Positions 1 through 15,089 of a DNA stretch of 64,000 bases are shown here, piece by piece. The notes under the pieces were generated by a model. That model saw only the letters and a list, made by a program, of their open reading frames with translations. It had not been told where the DNA came from and made no database searches. This DNA is from Chlorokybus atmophyticus. Taxonomy: Eukaryota > Plantae > Mesostigma and Chlorokybus algae. The DNA is taken from assembly GCA_009103225.1 (NCBI GenBank), contig RHPI01002973.1, positions 1 through 64,000 of the forward strand. Reading direction: 5' to 3'. Position numbers and translations under genes: made by a program. Each line of letters starts with the position of its first letter. The stretch's first letter is position 1.

Positions 1-274
1 AATTCCTCCTCACGGGAAAGTTGCTCTTTTTCTGAGCTCTCCCCTTTTGAGGTGGGCACCGAGTTTTCTTCCATTTGCCTGCAAAGCAGACAGAATGGGA
101 TGGTGAGAATCTCACCAATGGACCAGGTTTAACGAGAGGATCAAAATGACCCCAAGTTGTAAAAGTCCCAAACAGAGTCCAAACCAGTCCCAAAATAAGA
201 AAGGTTGGATCTGGAGTGTCACCAAACAGAACAGGTCTGAGTGGGACCAGAATGTCCTAACCCTGTGTTGTCCT

Positions 275-425
275 CAACCAAGTCCCAATCTCCAGGCCGA
301 AGCCAGAGGGGGAGGCTTTCAGACTAACAAGGTTTGGGAACAGATTGTCCTAGAACCTCCCCACAACTGTCCCAACCAAGTCCCGATCTCCAGGTCAAAG
401 CCAGAGGGGGAGGGTTTGGGAACAG
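275..425. repeat. Two ~50-bp imperfect direct repeats (period 98 bp) in CpG-poor, TE-like DNA
   Basis: caaccaagtccc(a/g)atctccagg...agccagaggggg occurs at 275 and 373. Confidence 0.7.
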
Positions 426-479
426 TTTGGTTTGGAACTTACGGACCCGGGTCAAACGACCCGGCAAAGCCGCTGGCAG

Positions 480-630
480 GTCACAGGTACGTCACAGGCA
501 TGCAACAGGCAAGCCACAGGCATGCAACAGGCAAGCCGCACGGTGACTAACTGTGACATGCACTGGCAAGCACAATGACAAGCAATCACCGCATGCAATG
601 ACAGGCAATCACGCATGCAATGACAGGCAA
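480..630. repeat. Degenerate short tandem repeat (caggcatgcaa / acaggcaatcac units)
   Basis: Repeated CAGGCA-TGCAA/ATCAC units read directly. Confidence 0.6.
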
Positions 631-1064
631 TCACTCACACGTGGAGAGGCCGCCTTTTTAATAGGTGGCTTCAACGTGGAGGTAGCGCAGGGAAGCAAAC
701 TTGAAGCTTGGGCTGCGTGGACGAATAGGAGGCCGCCGTCGACGCTTCTGATTGGCCGAAAGCAGGTCGCCGCCCCCTATAAGTACCCACGTCACCCCCC
801 AGCTCCTGGATACTAATGTAACAGCACAACCGTCGCCGGTGATGCCCCTTCAATCCTCTACCCTAACACCCACACCGCCTTTCGACGGCGTGGCCGCCAC
901 TGAGCAGAGAACTGAAAGTCCCCACATCAGATTGATGTGACCTTTTATATCAAGAGTATATCAACTATATAACTCTCGATGATTAACTCACAACTAGATA
1001 TCGACCCTACAGATAGGGTAGTTAGGAAATCTAGCGTGAGCCAATCACAGCTCAGATAAGGTAC

Positions 1065-1110
1065 CTATCGATAAGGTACCTATCCAAAGATACCTATCGT
1101 AAGGTACCTA
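1065..1110. repeat. Short repeats of (aag)g(t)acctatc
   Basis: gataaggtacctatc twice, then gatacctatc and aaggtaccta. Confidence 0.55.
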
Positions 1111-2851
1111 ACGAGATAGTGATCACATTATATCGAATGTGACACTAAATAGGCTTGAATAAGCGGTTCTACACCCATTGGGACTTATTTAAGCTATGAT
1201 AAAGCATCATAGCCTTTAATAAGCGAGGAACCGTAGAAAAGAGGTATAAATAAGCATATGTAAATACTTATTCATACAAAATGTGTTATTCAGGTAGCAA
1301 TAATACCCCTATTATTATTGCTCCCGTTACAGCTGCTAATTTGAAGGCTTTTGCAATTAATGTTGCCTCTTTGCTTTACGCGGAAACTACCTGATGTGTG
1401 TGCTGTGCATCTTGCTTAGTCTCATTGCCATATTATATTGTTGCTCATGTTGAATCTTAAAGGTGATTGCTTGTGTGCCTGCTGTGGCGTTTGCACTTCA
1501 CTTGCATCTCTTTGCTTTACATGTGCATCCGTTTTCAGCTATGGAATTTTGATGCCGCTTGCCCGGTAAACCGAGCAAGCGGCATTACTGGTACGCTGTC
1601 AGGGTTATATGCCAGCTGTCACATCGATTGCGCACTGTGCAGTGGTACTGTCATCCAGCTGGCACTGGTGCTACAGCAGAACGGTCGTCGAGCCCCGAAA
1701 GCGTCGCCGCTGTCAATCGGACGGTGCAAACAACACGCAGCGTCGGCGCAGAGATTGATTCTGCTTCATGATGAAGCCTTCATCTTCGACTCAATGCACT
1801 CCGTCATTGCGGCCACTGCCACTTTTTCGGATTCGCTCCGGACCTGCCGGCGGGGGCCAAGATCGGACGGTCGGGGAGAGGCGGCCCAGCTCGAATCTGC
1901 CGGGTCGTTGAGTGGAGACAGTCTTTGCTCCATTGCGAATGCGTTTCTCTCAGCGCGCATGCTTGCTGGCTTGGCTGCTGCGGCGGAGCATATCGGCTAG
2001 GTGGCGGCTGAGGCGGTGGCGGAGCAGCTTGCCGGTGGAGGAGGTGGAGCTTGTCGTGGTGGCTGGGAGCAGCTGTGAGGTTTGAGGTAGGCGGAAGCGC
2101 AGGCGAAGCGGCTGAGTGTTTGGTGGTCAGTCTCGTGCCCAGCATGGCAGCAGCAGTGGTGTTGGCTTCCGTCGCTCCGGCGCAGCAGCTTGCCGCCGGA
2201 GGCGCCGTGGTGGGTAAGCATGGCGCAAGGACGCATGCAGCTGCAGTCCCCCGCAAGGTGCGTCGTCAGCATGCGGTGCGATGCCTGCGCATGCTCTGCA
2301 TCTTGCCAGGGTCGTGCCTTCATGCGTCATTCGCGCATGCTTGCTGCGAAACCTGCTTCGCAAGTATTTTGCATGCAGCGGACTGAGTGAGCGGATGTTT
2401 GTCGTGGTTGCTCTGCTCAGTGCTATAGTCGCAGTTGCGTGGCCAGTTGCAGCATGGATTGCTGCTGGCAGTGTATTGGCCAAGTGTTTGATGACATCCC
2501 TGGATTGACAGTCGGCGCTGCGTGCTACCTCCAAGAGCGCAATTACATACGGCAGCGACTTCTTTGGCTGCGGCGCCAGCAAGCTTGCTGAGTCGCGTTT
2601 TTTGAGCACATCTGTGCCACGAAGGTCAGGACACTTGTGTCGGTTCACAGCATAACAGACCAGTTTATTCCAACACCGCCTGGGCCTGCTTGCAAGTGCA
2701 TGCTTGCATGCGAGTGCTCATTCGCGTATGCCGACTTGTGGCAGGGACTTGACCGCAAGGGCCACTGCAACTGCCCCGCCAGAATTTGCTGCTGCAGAAG
2801 CGAGTCAGTGCTCCTTTATGTAGTGACACAATCACTGTGCTCTTTAGATAA

Positions 2852-4920
<2,069 letters not shown>

Positions 4921-6532
4921 ATGGACTTTGACATGTGGGCAACACTGATTGCGAGGATTATTCGTAACAATGCTAGGGCTATTCGGTATCCAGTAGGCAT
5001 CTGTGGTATTAGTGCGCGTGTTCATCCCTCCGTGTGCATAACATTCCCTGTGATGTTTCCAGATCAAGGTGTAGAACAGGGTTCAGCTGGTCGCTTGAGG
5101 TCGAATATAACACTTGTGTGCGTCATGTTCTGTTCCCCTCAGTATGGAATCCAAACACCGCAATGTGCCTGCAAGGCTTTCTATGGCCATGCATGTCGGG
5201 GTATGCAGGACGCTGTGGTCGTAGACGCTTACATTACATTCGCGACATGGCAACTGTATACAAATGCTGTGATATGTACGCCGTAGCCTACTTTCTGTGC
5301 TTCATTCGCATGCAGTCTGCCACACCACCTGTGCGAGTATGTGTGTGGCAACGGGCGACAGAGAGATGCGTTTTGGTCAGCTGTCATTGAGTACTATCCC
5401 ACACAGTGCAAACCCTTGCTTTGTCTGTCTGTGGGCATTTTTTCTGCACAGAGCATGACCTCCAGGAACTTGTGTACAGTGTTTGACCATTTTTTTTGGT
5501 GTGTGTACTCCGGATTGACCAACACTGATCTGGAAGAGCCCATACAGCGAAGGCTGGGCATAGGCCCGTCAGAAATGGGTGCGTGGATATGAGGCAAGAG
5601 CAATCTTGTACAGTGTTTGACAGCATGAGTGAACGCATGCGCATTGCGCAAGCAAACAAGTGCGTGCGTCGACAAAGAAATCGTGAAGCCAGACACCAAC
5701 CAACCTTTAACACAGGCCGATAACCACGCATGGCTCAGGGACTGACTATTGTTAAGTAGCAACCTGTGCTGTGAAACACTGTTTTGTGCAACACAAGTCG
5801 TGAACCAGAGCAACGTCAAGCATGTCTTGGAGTCCAGCGTAGCTACGGCGACAGCAGCGTCGTGGTCGTCGTGGTTGTCGTCGTCGTCGGCGCCGGCGTC
5901 GCAGGCTGGTTGCTCGGCGGAGGGCGGCGATGTTCAGGACCCCGCCGCCCGTGCCGTCGTCATCGTTGACGGCGGCGGCGACAAGGAGGCAGCCGGGCGA
6001 GGCGGGTAGGCTAGGGGCAAAGGGAGCGCCTGGCACCCCGTTCAACCTTTTTAGCGGCTCTCGGCGTAAGTGGAGTGTTTGTTGAGCGATGGTGTATGCA
6101 AAAATCTGTTCAGCTGCGCTTTGTCAATCCCATCCGCATGTGTACCAGCACCATTGTTTATCTGAAAAGAGATTCGTTGGGGATCAATGCAGCTTGCTGC
6201 TGCATATTGTAGCGCAGGGTCTGTATTTTTGCCTTTATGTTTTAGGGTACGTTCGTTGGCATGAGAATAGTAGACCGCGCTGAAAGCTAAGTGCACACAT
6301 GCGGTATGATACAAGCAAGCACAGTGCTGACAATATAACGCAACCATGCAGTTGTGCACATGTTATGTGCCATTTCAGCAACCGCACAGTGACTGCAAGC
6401 AACTCTTGAGGACAGCAGAAACAAGACACTCCGTCAATGGCCAGGTCATCGGCATCGGTGTTGTTGTGGTGGCCTTTGTTGTAGCCGTCATCATCGTTAT
6501 AGTATACACCATGAAAAATAGCAAATGCTGTA

Positions 6533-9500
6533 TTGGAATGCAACTGCTGGCTGGGGTCCTGCACCTTGTTGTCTCAATGTGTATATATGTCACAGCAACA
6601 CGCATGTCACCTATCTCACATCCATTCTGATGAGCCTACTGTGGCTGATATTGCCTCATCAGGCTTGTCTTCAGTGCGAGACGATGACACTCCAGCAAGC
6701 AGCACACTCGCAATCACAACAGCAACTTCAGACACAGAGGAACTCCTCGGGTCTCCGGACCTTACACTGCCGAGCACTTCAGAGCCCTCATCATCACAGC
6801 CATTACACAACAATAACCGACACAACAACACCCACACCAACACCAGCAAACGCCGCCGCACAAGCAACATCATCACGCCGGATGACGAGCACACACTTCA
6901 GCTCCAAACCGTGTTGAACGATGAAGACGATGATAAAACTATGCAATTGGGCGCGGATGAAACGACAATTCAACTATTCAAACGACGCGAAGACCCTCGT
7001 GTTGATGATGATGAGATGGTGTGTTCATATAGAAGCAGAAACATGCTCAAGTCTGAGGTGTTGAGAGCGTTGGATGAGTTTAAACACAAGTCCGAAGCGC
7101 TAGAAAAGGACGTGGACACGCTTCGTGCCAAGCTCGCTGCGTGCAAAGAGGAGAACATGAAGCTGGTTGAAAGAGCGTCCCAACATGCAGCCGCATTGAA
7201 AGCGGCCGAGGCGAGAGAAAAAGCCGTTTACGAATGGCGTGCCAACGATGCTCAGAAGTCCGAAAAGGCCCTTCGCAAAGAGGTGGAAAGATGCGCTGAA
7301 CTCCAATCGAGGCTTGCCCAAGCGGCCAAAACGAAAGCTGAGGCGGAGGCACGTGCAGTTGATGAAGCAGCCAAGCGAGCCGCTGCTGAAGCGGAGCTGC
7401 GTGCGAAGCAACATGAAGCCAACGCACGCATCCAACAGCTTGAGGTGGGTGTTTTAAACTCACGCTATCGCTTAAGGACTCGAGCGTCCTGCAGGAATCT
7501 GTTAATTATGAGAGAGCGTCACTGTACGTCATAGCTTTTGCAACAGCAAGTGTCTGTAAGTAAGTCGGTGTTGTACTTAACATAAACATCGTACATGCGT
7601 GCTTGCATGCGTAGTTACGACACCTGTGCAGCTTGACAAACGTCACTTACAGCATTGTCTTTTGTTGTTCACCAAGTCTTACAACCTCCCCTTGCAGCAT
7701 GCGTTGAGGGCTGCAAAGGAGGACGCGTCGATCAATGCAGCGGCGTTGCGCGAAGATGCGGCCGTGGAGATGCAGAAGGCTCGAGCAGCGTCCGAGCAGG
7801 CCGAGTCCATAAAGCAGACGGTCAATCACATGCGTCAAGACCTTCGTGCTGCTGAGGTCTGTTGTAGAACTCTCGCTGATATGTGTATGTACTTCCTAAC
7901 ACATGCACATGCGCACGCGCACAGAACCACACACAATGTTTTGCAGCATGTACAGATACGCATGCGTGTAGTTGGCTGCGTGTCTTGTAATGCGCTTGCA
8001 TCTGTGCAAGCTTGCAAGAGTGTGTGCTTGTGCGCACAAGTGCGCACGTTTGCTACTTGGCGCGCGTCTTGCCACATGTGCGCTATGGTTAGACATACAG
8101 CTGTAGTCAGACATACAAACGCACCGTGCTCTACAGCTGTGAACTTATGCACAGAGACTCGCACATGTGTGCAAGTGTTGCTTACCACCGTACTGCATGC
8201 CTGCAGGAGAGGGCTATTACGAGTGAGACAGCAGCAGCAGCCCTGGACGAGAGAATTTCCAATCTTCAGGCAGAGTGTGGCAGGAACGCTTCTGCAGTTG
8301 AGGCGGCAAAAAAGCTGCGTGAAGAGCTGTCATCCAACTACGTGGCCATTGCGGAAGCGCGCAGAGTGTTGAAGCAGAGGCAGAGTGTGGCTCTGTTGGA
8401 GGAGAAGCTCGCGGCTGCAGAAAGAGAAGTGTCCTCCAAGAATGCTGCCTTGCAGGAGATGGAAGAGCTGAGGTCCCACAACACCAACCTCCAGCAGCAA
8501 GTGGACTCCTGGCAAGAGTTGTTACACGCCGTCCCGGGCGTGACCGTTGCCGCGGACGTGCCGCGCGTGCTCGGCGAGCTGCAGAAGGAGGCTATGCTGG
8601 CCTCATCCAAACAAGTAAGTGATGATGGGTATGTTGTTCGTTGTTGGGTGGCAATGATGGTTTGATGTGCGTGCAATAGGGTGAGGCAGTGGCTCACGTG
8701 GCGGCTTTGGAGAGTTCACTCGCGGCAGCTGAGCGATCGCTCAAGGCTGCGCAGAGCCAAACCAATGACAAACAGGCGGAGCTGAATACAAACCACAGCC
8801 ACATCCGCAGGCTGGAGCTCAAAGTAAGGGCAACATATGTATGCATGAGTCCAGACACCAACAACTTACGCCTCAGCTGATCAGCCAGTCTGATGAAATG
8901 TTCACAAAGTCAGTCATAGTTAATCTTTACAATATGCCTTGTCAAGCAAGCAAGAGTTAGTGAATTAGTCAGTTGGGCGGGTCGATTGTTTGATTACTAT
9001 TGTGCCTGTTGCTCATCATTCTGATAGGTCCCTTGTTACTGTTGTGTGCAGCCACAAGTTGCATCTACTACACTCTTGCTCACTCTCTTTGCCAGGTTCA
9101 AGTGCTTCAGAACGAGCGAGACGGTTTGAGGCAGCTTCTGGACACGTACGACGCAGAAGAGCGGTTGCGCGGCGGCGATGATGGACGGGTGACAGGCGCC
9201 CCAATGCATGCTTCCCCCGCTATTGACAAAGAGCGACGCGCGAGGGTGGCCAGACTTGAAGAGGCACTCGCTGCAGCAGAGAAAGCCGCCAGAGACACTG
9301 AGGTGCGCATGTGTGGGTATGCGTGTGTTGATGAGTGTGCATGTGGGTATGCGTGTGTCAACACGCACACCCGATGTTGTCAGTGTCATGCCTGTGTATA
9401 TGGTGGTGAGCGCTGTGGGAAGTCATGAGGTTGGATACATTGCTTGCAGGCGAGTCTGCGGGCTGTTGAGACCATTGCAGCTGATCGTAAGCGCGAGTGC

Positions 9501-10506
9501 GACGGGGTCAGAAGGCAGCTTGAAGACGTGCTCGCTGGCAACTCACGCCTGGAGAAAGAGGTCACAAGCCTTGGCAAGCAGGTCTGTTGCATCAGCCACC
9601 AAAGCACTAGCTTTCAGATTCAAATCAGCAACCCAAGGAAGCAATGACCATACTGATTTGTTGCAGGTTGCGCTGCTGGAGTCCCGTGTCGGGAGGGGCG
9701 ATTTCAACCCCGGGACCACCAAAGTCCTGCACTTGTCCAGGAACCCGGAAAAGGACACCGCTGCGCAAAGCGAGTTGGAACAGCTTCGCGCAAGGTATGT
9801 TGTGCGCTGAATCACTACACACTCACCGGGTGATAGGTACAACGGGTGATAGGTGCTGCCATTCAACTGCGTGCGGCTTTGGCACCATCGGTGATGCAAA
9901 TAAAGTGATACCCTGCTTGCAGAGTGCAGCAACTTGAAGCACAATTGGCAGGGACAGACGAGTCGGGTGCTGGTGGCTCAGCAGCAGGTAGTTGTATGCA
10001 TGTTGTACAATGTAGTGTCATGATATTTGCCAACACACATGTAGAGTCATGGAAGCAGCAGCAACATTGTGCTTTGCTTGGCCTTAGCAGGGCTTCAGAA
10101 GCGTGTGGACGAGCTGGAGAAGAAGGTGAAGGACATGGACAAGCAAAAGGCGCGGTACATGCAGGTTTTCAGTGACAAGATCACGAGCTTCCGGGAAGCA
10201 TGCTGGCTTTTGTTCGGCTACACCATGGAGATGGGTGACAGGGTGGTTACGCGGGGCAACATTGGCGGCGGAGGAGGCGCATTCGTCAACACGTTCACTC
10301 TTCGCTCAATATATGCCGAGGGCTCGCATGAGACGCTTATGTTTCAAGGGTCACCTGGCAAGGCGCTCGAGTTGGTGCCAACGGACTACTCCCAACGGCC
10401 TGAAGTCATGCGCCAGGTGGCCACATTCATCAACCGGTGCAACTCCATACCCGCCTTCACCGCCAACCTTACGGTCGAGCTGTTCAGCAAGTACACCATC
10501 AGCTAG
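6533..10506 (+). CDS. MAD1: Mitotic spindle checkpoint protein MAD1, multi-exon; true start codon uncertain
   Basis: N-terminal MVCSYRSRNMLKSEVLRAL, long coiled coil, LESRVGRGDFNPGTTKVLHL, RYMQVFSDKITSFREACWLLFGY, C-terminal IPAFTANLTVELFSK. These match plant/algal MAD1 motifs. Confidence 0.9.
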
Positions 10507-13478
10507 CCGGCCCCCCATTGTGCGGGTTGTATGTAACATGTGTGTATCAATCGCAGACTGTGTATAGTCTTGTTGCGCACGTGCGTATGTCAAACTGCCC
10601 TTTTGCAAGCCAGTTGCACAGTTCGTTGCCCTCGAAATGCGAATGCCTTACTGACCTGCACATGCCTTCCTGGGCGCTGTGTGAATCAGATGTTGACCAT
10701 CATAGACTCACCAGGCAATGCTGCTGCGGTGTTATGAGGATGAGAATGCTCGAGCATGCTGTGCTTGCGCTGCAGGTCAAGCCGCTGGTCACACCCCTGC
10801 CTTGCCTCTGCCCAGCACGCTTTGTGGCATACCCCTTATGTACAAAAGATGCAAGAGGGAATTCGCACATGCAAACCTACGTGCACATGCAATGTCACAC
10901 ACACTCACCACTGTGTGCACTTGCATTCGCATTCATACAGCAGCCCCGGTAGGCTAGGTGGTATAGTTGTTTCTGAGTGTTTGTGTACTAGTGGTAATTT
11001 GTATTGCTGAGCGTCATGTGCCATTGAATATGTATACCCTAAGCATATGGGTTGTCCAAGCCCTTGCATGGCAGCCCCGATAGGCTGGATGGTAAACTTG
11101 TTCATGCAGTTGTGACGGGGCTTAAGGCCAGCAAGCATGCACAGCGCACAAACAGAGTAGAGAACCCACTGTCATACTGATTATTCTCTGATACAGTCGG
11201 GTCCCTTATGTAGTTCCTAATAGCCTGTCTAACTGCCTGCGTTGTTCTCTACAGGGTTTCTTGTAAGATCACTGATGTCGGCTGTTAAGGCGCTCGTTAC
11301 ACCATTCCCCCCTTTCAATGGCTGAGAGCGCTCTTGATACTTCTTTATTTGACGGACATGTGGTTCAATGGTAGCTTTAACACCCTTTGCTCTGCGTAGC
11401 TGATATGTAACAGGGGATAACTCACGCAGTACTTTATATGGTCTTATATAGCAAGGACGCAGCTTGGTTCCGAGGCTACGGTGGCTGCCCTTGTCCAGTA
11501 CCAGTACATAGACAGTCGTGGTGACGTTCTGCTGTCATCATACCTCTGGCGTTGACGTTGTTGCCAACTTCTTGGGCTCTGTTGAGGGAAAGGGCTATGT
11601 CTCTGCGTAGATTTGTAAGGTATACCGACAAAAAACTCAACCATCGCACGGCATTTGCTGTTGCTGATACCGGTGTTTTAGCCCTTTATCACCAATGAGA
11701 TGCAAGTGTTGGCTGTCTGTGCTGCACCATGGCTAACCGCACACATCACACACAACCTTAGACGCACATGTGAACTTATTTCAGTTGTGCCGTTAACACG
11801 GTAGAATACAGTGGACAGCGACCCTTGAATACGAGGTGTAAGCTGTATTGGACTATAACTGAAATAGTCGAGGACGCGCAACCCGCTGTTTCGTGAAATG
11901 GAAAGGGTATGGCTTGGAACATAACAGTTGGGGAGCCTTGCAAGCATCTTACGCACTCAGTGCAGGCTGCCACGATTTGCTATGAGCTTTTTGGGATTCA
12001 CCTCAACCCATGAAGTGTGGGCTTGGTTTATAAGAAACTTGCAGTGCGATTTCATTACCCTATCATTTCCTGCTATCTTACATATATCACTTAAGCGCCG
12101 CGCGAGGCATAATTAAAGAAATGCCATAATTACTCCGAACCAAGCCGGGCTTGGTTTGGAGTAATTAGTGATCAGCTTGAACATTGAAGTGGGGGGGAAT
12201 GTAATGGGAGTAACAATAATAAGGATTTTACTACTACCTGAATGACGTTATTCAGGTAGCAATAAATTGTGACGATGGGGGTCCAGCCGTCCAAGCTCAT
12301 AAGCCCATAAAAGACCATGATTGTAATTATGGCTTTTTCTTTTCTTATGCATTACATATGGAGCCCTCTGCCTCCATTATGTATCAGCGTCATGGCCAAC
12401 ATGCTGTTACATTTCGGGTCGAGACCCACAAGGCCCGTCCTAGCAGTGGCAACAGTTTGGGCCAGTATTGGCACGTGGGCCCCATAGGCCGTGCCAATAC
12501 TGATGATGTCCGAGTCCCAAGAGACTCCCAAGTTGAGAGTGTATACGTACTAGGTATAACTACTTGTAGTACTCGCTGCTAGTCGAAGCTGAGGGCCTTG
12601 GCTACCGCAAGTCGTAAGAGCTGCCCCGCACATTACGCAACTTCTTGATAACATAAGCGCGTGTTTACATTGTGATGTTGGAGATATGCACATGTACATA
12701 AAGAATACATGTACATATGCATATCTCATGCGCTGCACATGTATACCTGCGCACAACTCCGGCCTTCTTTGCTTGCCTTGCCTATGCATCAGCACATAGA
12801 ACCAGCCCCTTAGCTAGGTGGTGTACTTAAATTTTGGTGTAATGATTTGTGCGGTGCCTTGGCTTTGTGTGGTGTTTGTGCTATCTATGCTTTGTTTACC
12901 TCCTTGCTATACCCTATATGTAGTTATATGTATAGGGTTTATCTATGATGTGCATGCTTGGGTGTGCTCGCGTGTGCTTGTGCGCGTGTCCTTACATGCA
13001 TCGGTTGTATTGGTGTGCAACACATCTGGCCCCTTTTCGCTTGAGCACGCTTTCTAGCAGCTTTATTGTAAGTTATGATTAATGAGCAAACATGAAGGTG
13101 TACGGGTAGGGGAGGGGTAGGGGGGCACAATTGCCATAATCAACAGCCATAAACATCAACATCCTAAATGCTTTGAATGCATGCGTGATCGTCTGATTAC
13201 TAACAGCAATCAGACGATACCATGAACGCGTAGAGTAGGGCAAAGGGGTAAGAATGCCATAATAAACAAATGATCAACCACCAATGCTGGACACGAGTGA
13301 CAACTTATCTAGAAGGTGTATGCATGAAGACATGCGTACATGCTTATATCATGGCCTCACAGTTTGAACCTGCGACAATATGTTCAAATTCTACGATTAT
13401 AGAACTCGATCTATTCACAGGGAATTAGGGTACTCTACTTCAATCTTATGTAAGCACACCTCGCAGTTGCATTGCTGA

Positions 13479-14582
13479 TCAAAAAAGTGCCTCAATGTCT
13501 TCACCAATACGTTGCAGCAAAAGTACATGATGCTGCCTACATGTGGTCTGCATTGCAGCCCAGGCCAACTCTTCGACACTCTCCCCCAAGAATGCGATAT
13601 GCACATCGCGGTTACCGCAAAGGTCTTTGAATCCATGGGCGACACGAGCTAAATCCTCCACAACAACGGCATCACTGACGTGCGACTCCAAGCCACCAAC
13701 GATGAGGTCCTCGCCGCATTCACCGACGAAGGCAACTTGCGCCAACACAACAACACCTGATGTAATCACTCGCATGTCCGGCCTTGGCACGACTTGCGCC
13801 CCAAGCCGCTGCGAAAAGATGCGCACCACCGCTTCTGCAAACTCCGCCTCGCGCCGGGTCAACAGCTGTGGCTCTCTCTCCGAGCGTACCACGTGCCCGA
13901 TGTTGTCACCACGAGAAGCATGCAAATAATACGTTGCGCCGTCCTCCAGAGCATCATAATCGCTGATGCCTGGGCTTTCACCATCTTTAAATAGCGCTTT
14001 AACGTCATTGACGAAATACCACCTGTCGAAGTTCGCCGCATCGAGAAACCGTAATTCATACTCTTGCAGCTCCTCTTGATCCTCATCTTCAATGATGTTG
14101 ATGGTCAGGCCTACACATAACGCATGTGACCAGATGACAGGGCAGATGCCAGAAAGACTCAAAGCACATACATTATAGATGAATGGCTGACAGATGTCAC
14201 CTGTTTGAGGCGTGAGAGGAAGAGGAGACGTGGGAGGCTCTTTGCTTTGAGCAGATTCTGAGGCATTCGCAGGGTCCCTCATACCCTCATTGGGCCTGCC
14301 GCCTGATGCGCGAACAAGTACACACGCACAGTAGCAATGCAGTTTCAGCGGTAAGCAACAAATTAACAACATACACACATGTAGTGCACCGACCAACCGT
14401 TTGACAAGTTGGCGCAGCAGGAAGTTGCTGTGCGTCTGTGGCGAGGGAAAGCGGCTGCATGTTGTAGAGGCCGTGCAGCCTTGTGGATGAACCTTTGACC
14501 GGGGTGCTGACACCCGAAACGGGCGCCATGTGATGCCACAACCAAGTTCAAGCCAGCGAATAAAGCACGCATCGAAGCCATG
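13479..14582 (-). CDS. Uncharacterised multi-exon protein; C-terminal alpha/beta domain resembles a degenerate PD-(D/E)XK/REase-like fold
   Basis: Long protein-like last exon (~14110-13479) and small upstream exons bounded by AG/GT. The fold call is inference from the hydrophobic pattern only. Confidence 0.55.
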   Translation of the reverse strand, partial: HGFDACFIRWLELGCGITWRPFRVSAPRSKVHPQGCTASTTCSRFPSPQTHSNFLLRQLVKRLVGALHVCMLLICCLPLKLHCYCACVLVRASGGRPNEGMRDPANASESAQSKEPPTSPLPLTPQTGDICQPFIYNVCALSLSGICPVIWSHALCVGLTINIIEDEDQEELQEYELRFLDAANFDRWYFVNDVKALFKDGESPGISDYDALEDGATYYLHASRGDNIGHVVRSEREPQLLTRREAEFAEAVVRIFSQRLGAQVVPRPDMRVITSGVVVLAQVAFVGECGEDLIVGGLESHVSDAVVVEDLARVAHGFKDLCGNRDVHIAFLGESVEELAWAAMQTTCRQHHVLLLQRIGEDIEALF

Positions 14583-15089
14583 CTTCGGACGGCAATTTGT
14601 CCCAAGTGGCAGACCTGATGAAGAAAGTGAGATGTGCGTTATTGCATTTGATAGACAATACGCTTGACTGTACACAAGTGCACGCATAAGACATACGGCC
14701 TATGCATGCTGTCTTGATCTAGGAGCAACAAGCAAATGAGAAAGAAAGAATTCTAAGCAATGCCAGAGACAAACGGTGACAGCCAGGGCAACTCGCAAGC
14801 GTGTGTGTTTGTCAAAGGTAGACTCGACAGCAATGCAAGACCTAGCCATGCTAACATTGCGTTAGGGTGTGTGCTTACTGATGGACGGTTGCTGCAGCCA
14901 GCCTTCCGCAGAAAAAGGCTCTAAGTCACGGCCGCTAGCACACGCTGTGGCCGTTGCTAAGCAGCGCCCAACGCTCTTGTTCCCCCCCTGGATGAAATGC
15001 CAATGCCGCCTGCAACGCAGAGCAGTGACCACGGTGTGAATGCAAGGACGAGAGTAAGGACCAACCTTGCTGTGGCGTCAAACCTCAAT

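Noticed and set aside
1467-2650. GC-rich possible coding region upstream of GAPDH
   Set aside because: Overlapping ORFs on both strands with none recognisable; strand and product cannot be supported
4921-5286. ORF starting right after the GAPDH stop
   Set aside because: No recognisable motifs; most likely 3' UTR
5394-6045. Minus-strand gene between GAPDH and MAD1
   Set aside because: Protein-like stretches and TGTAA signals near 5230, but an in-frame TGA and no consistent exon model or homology
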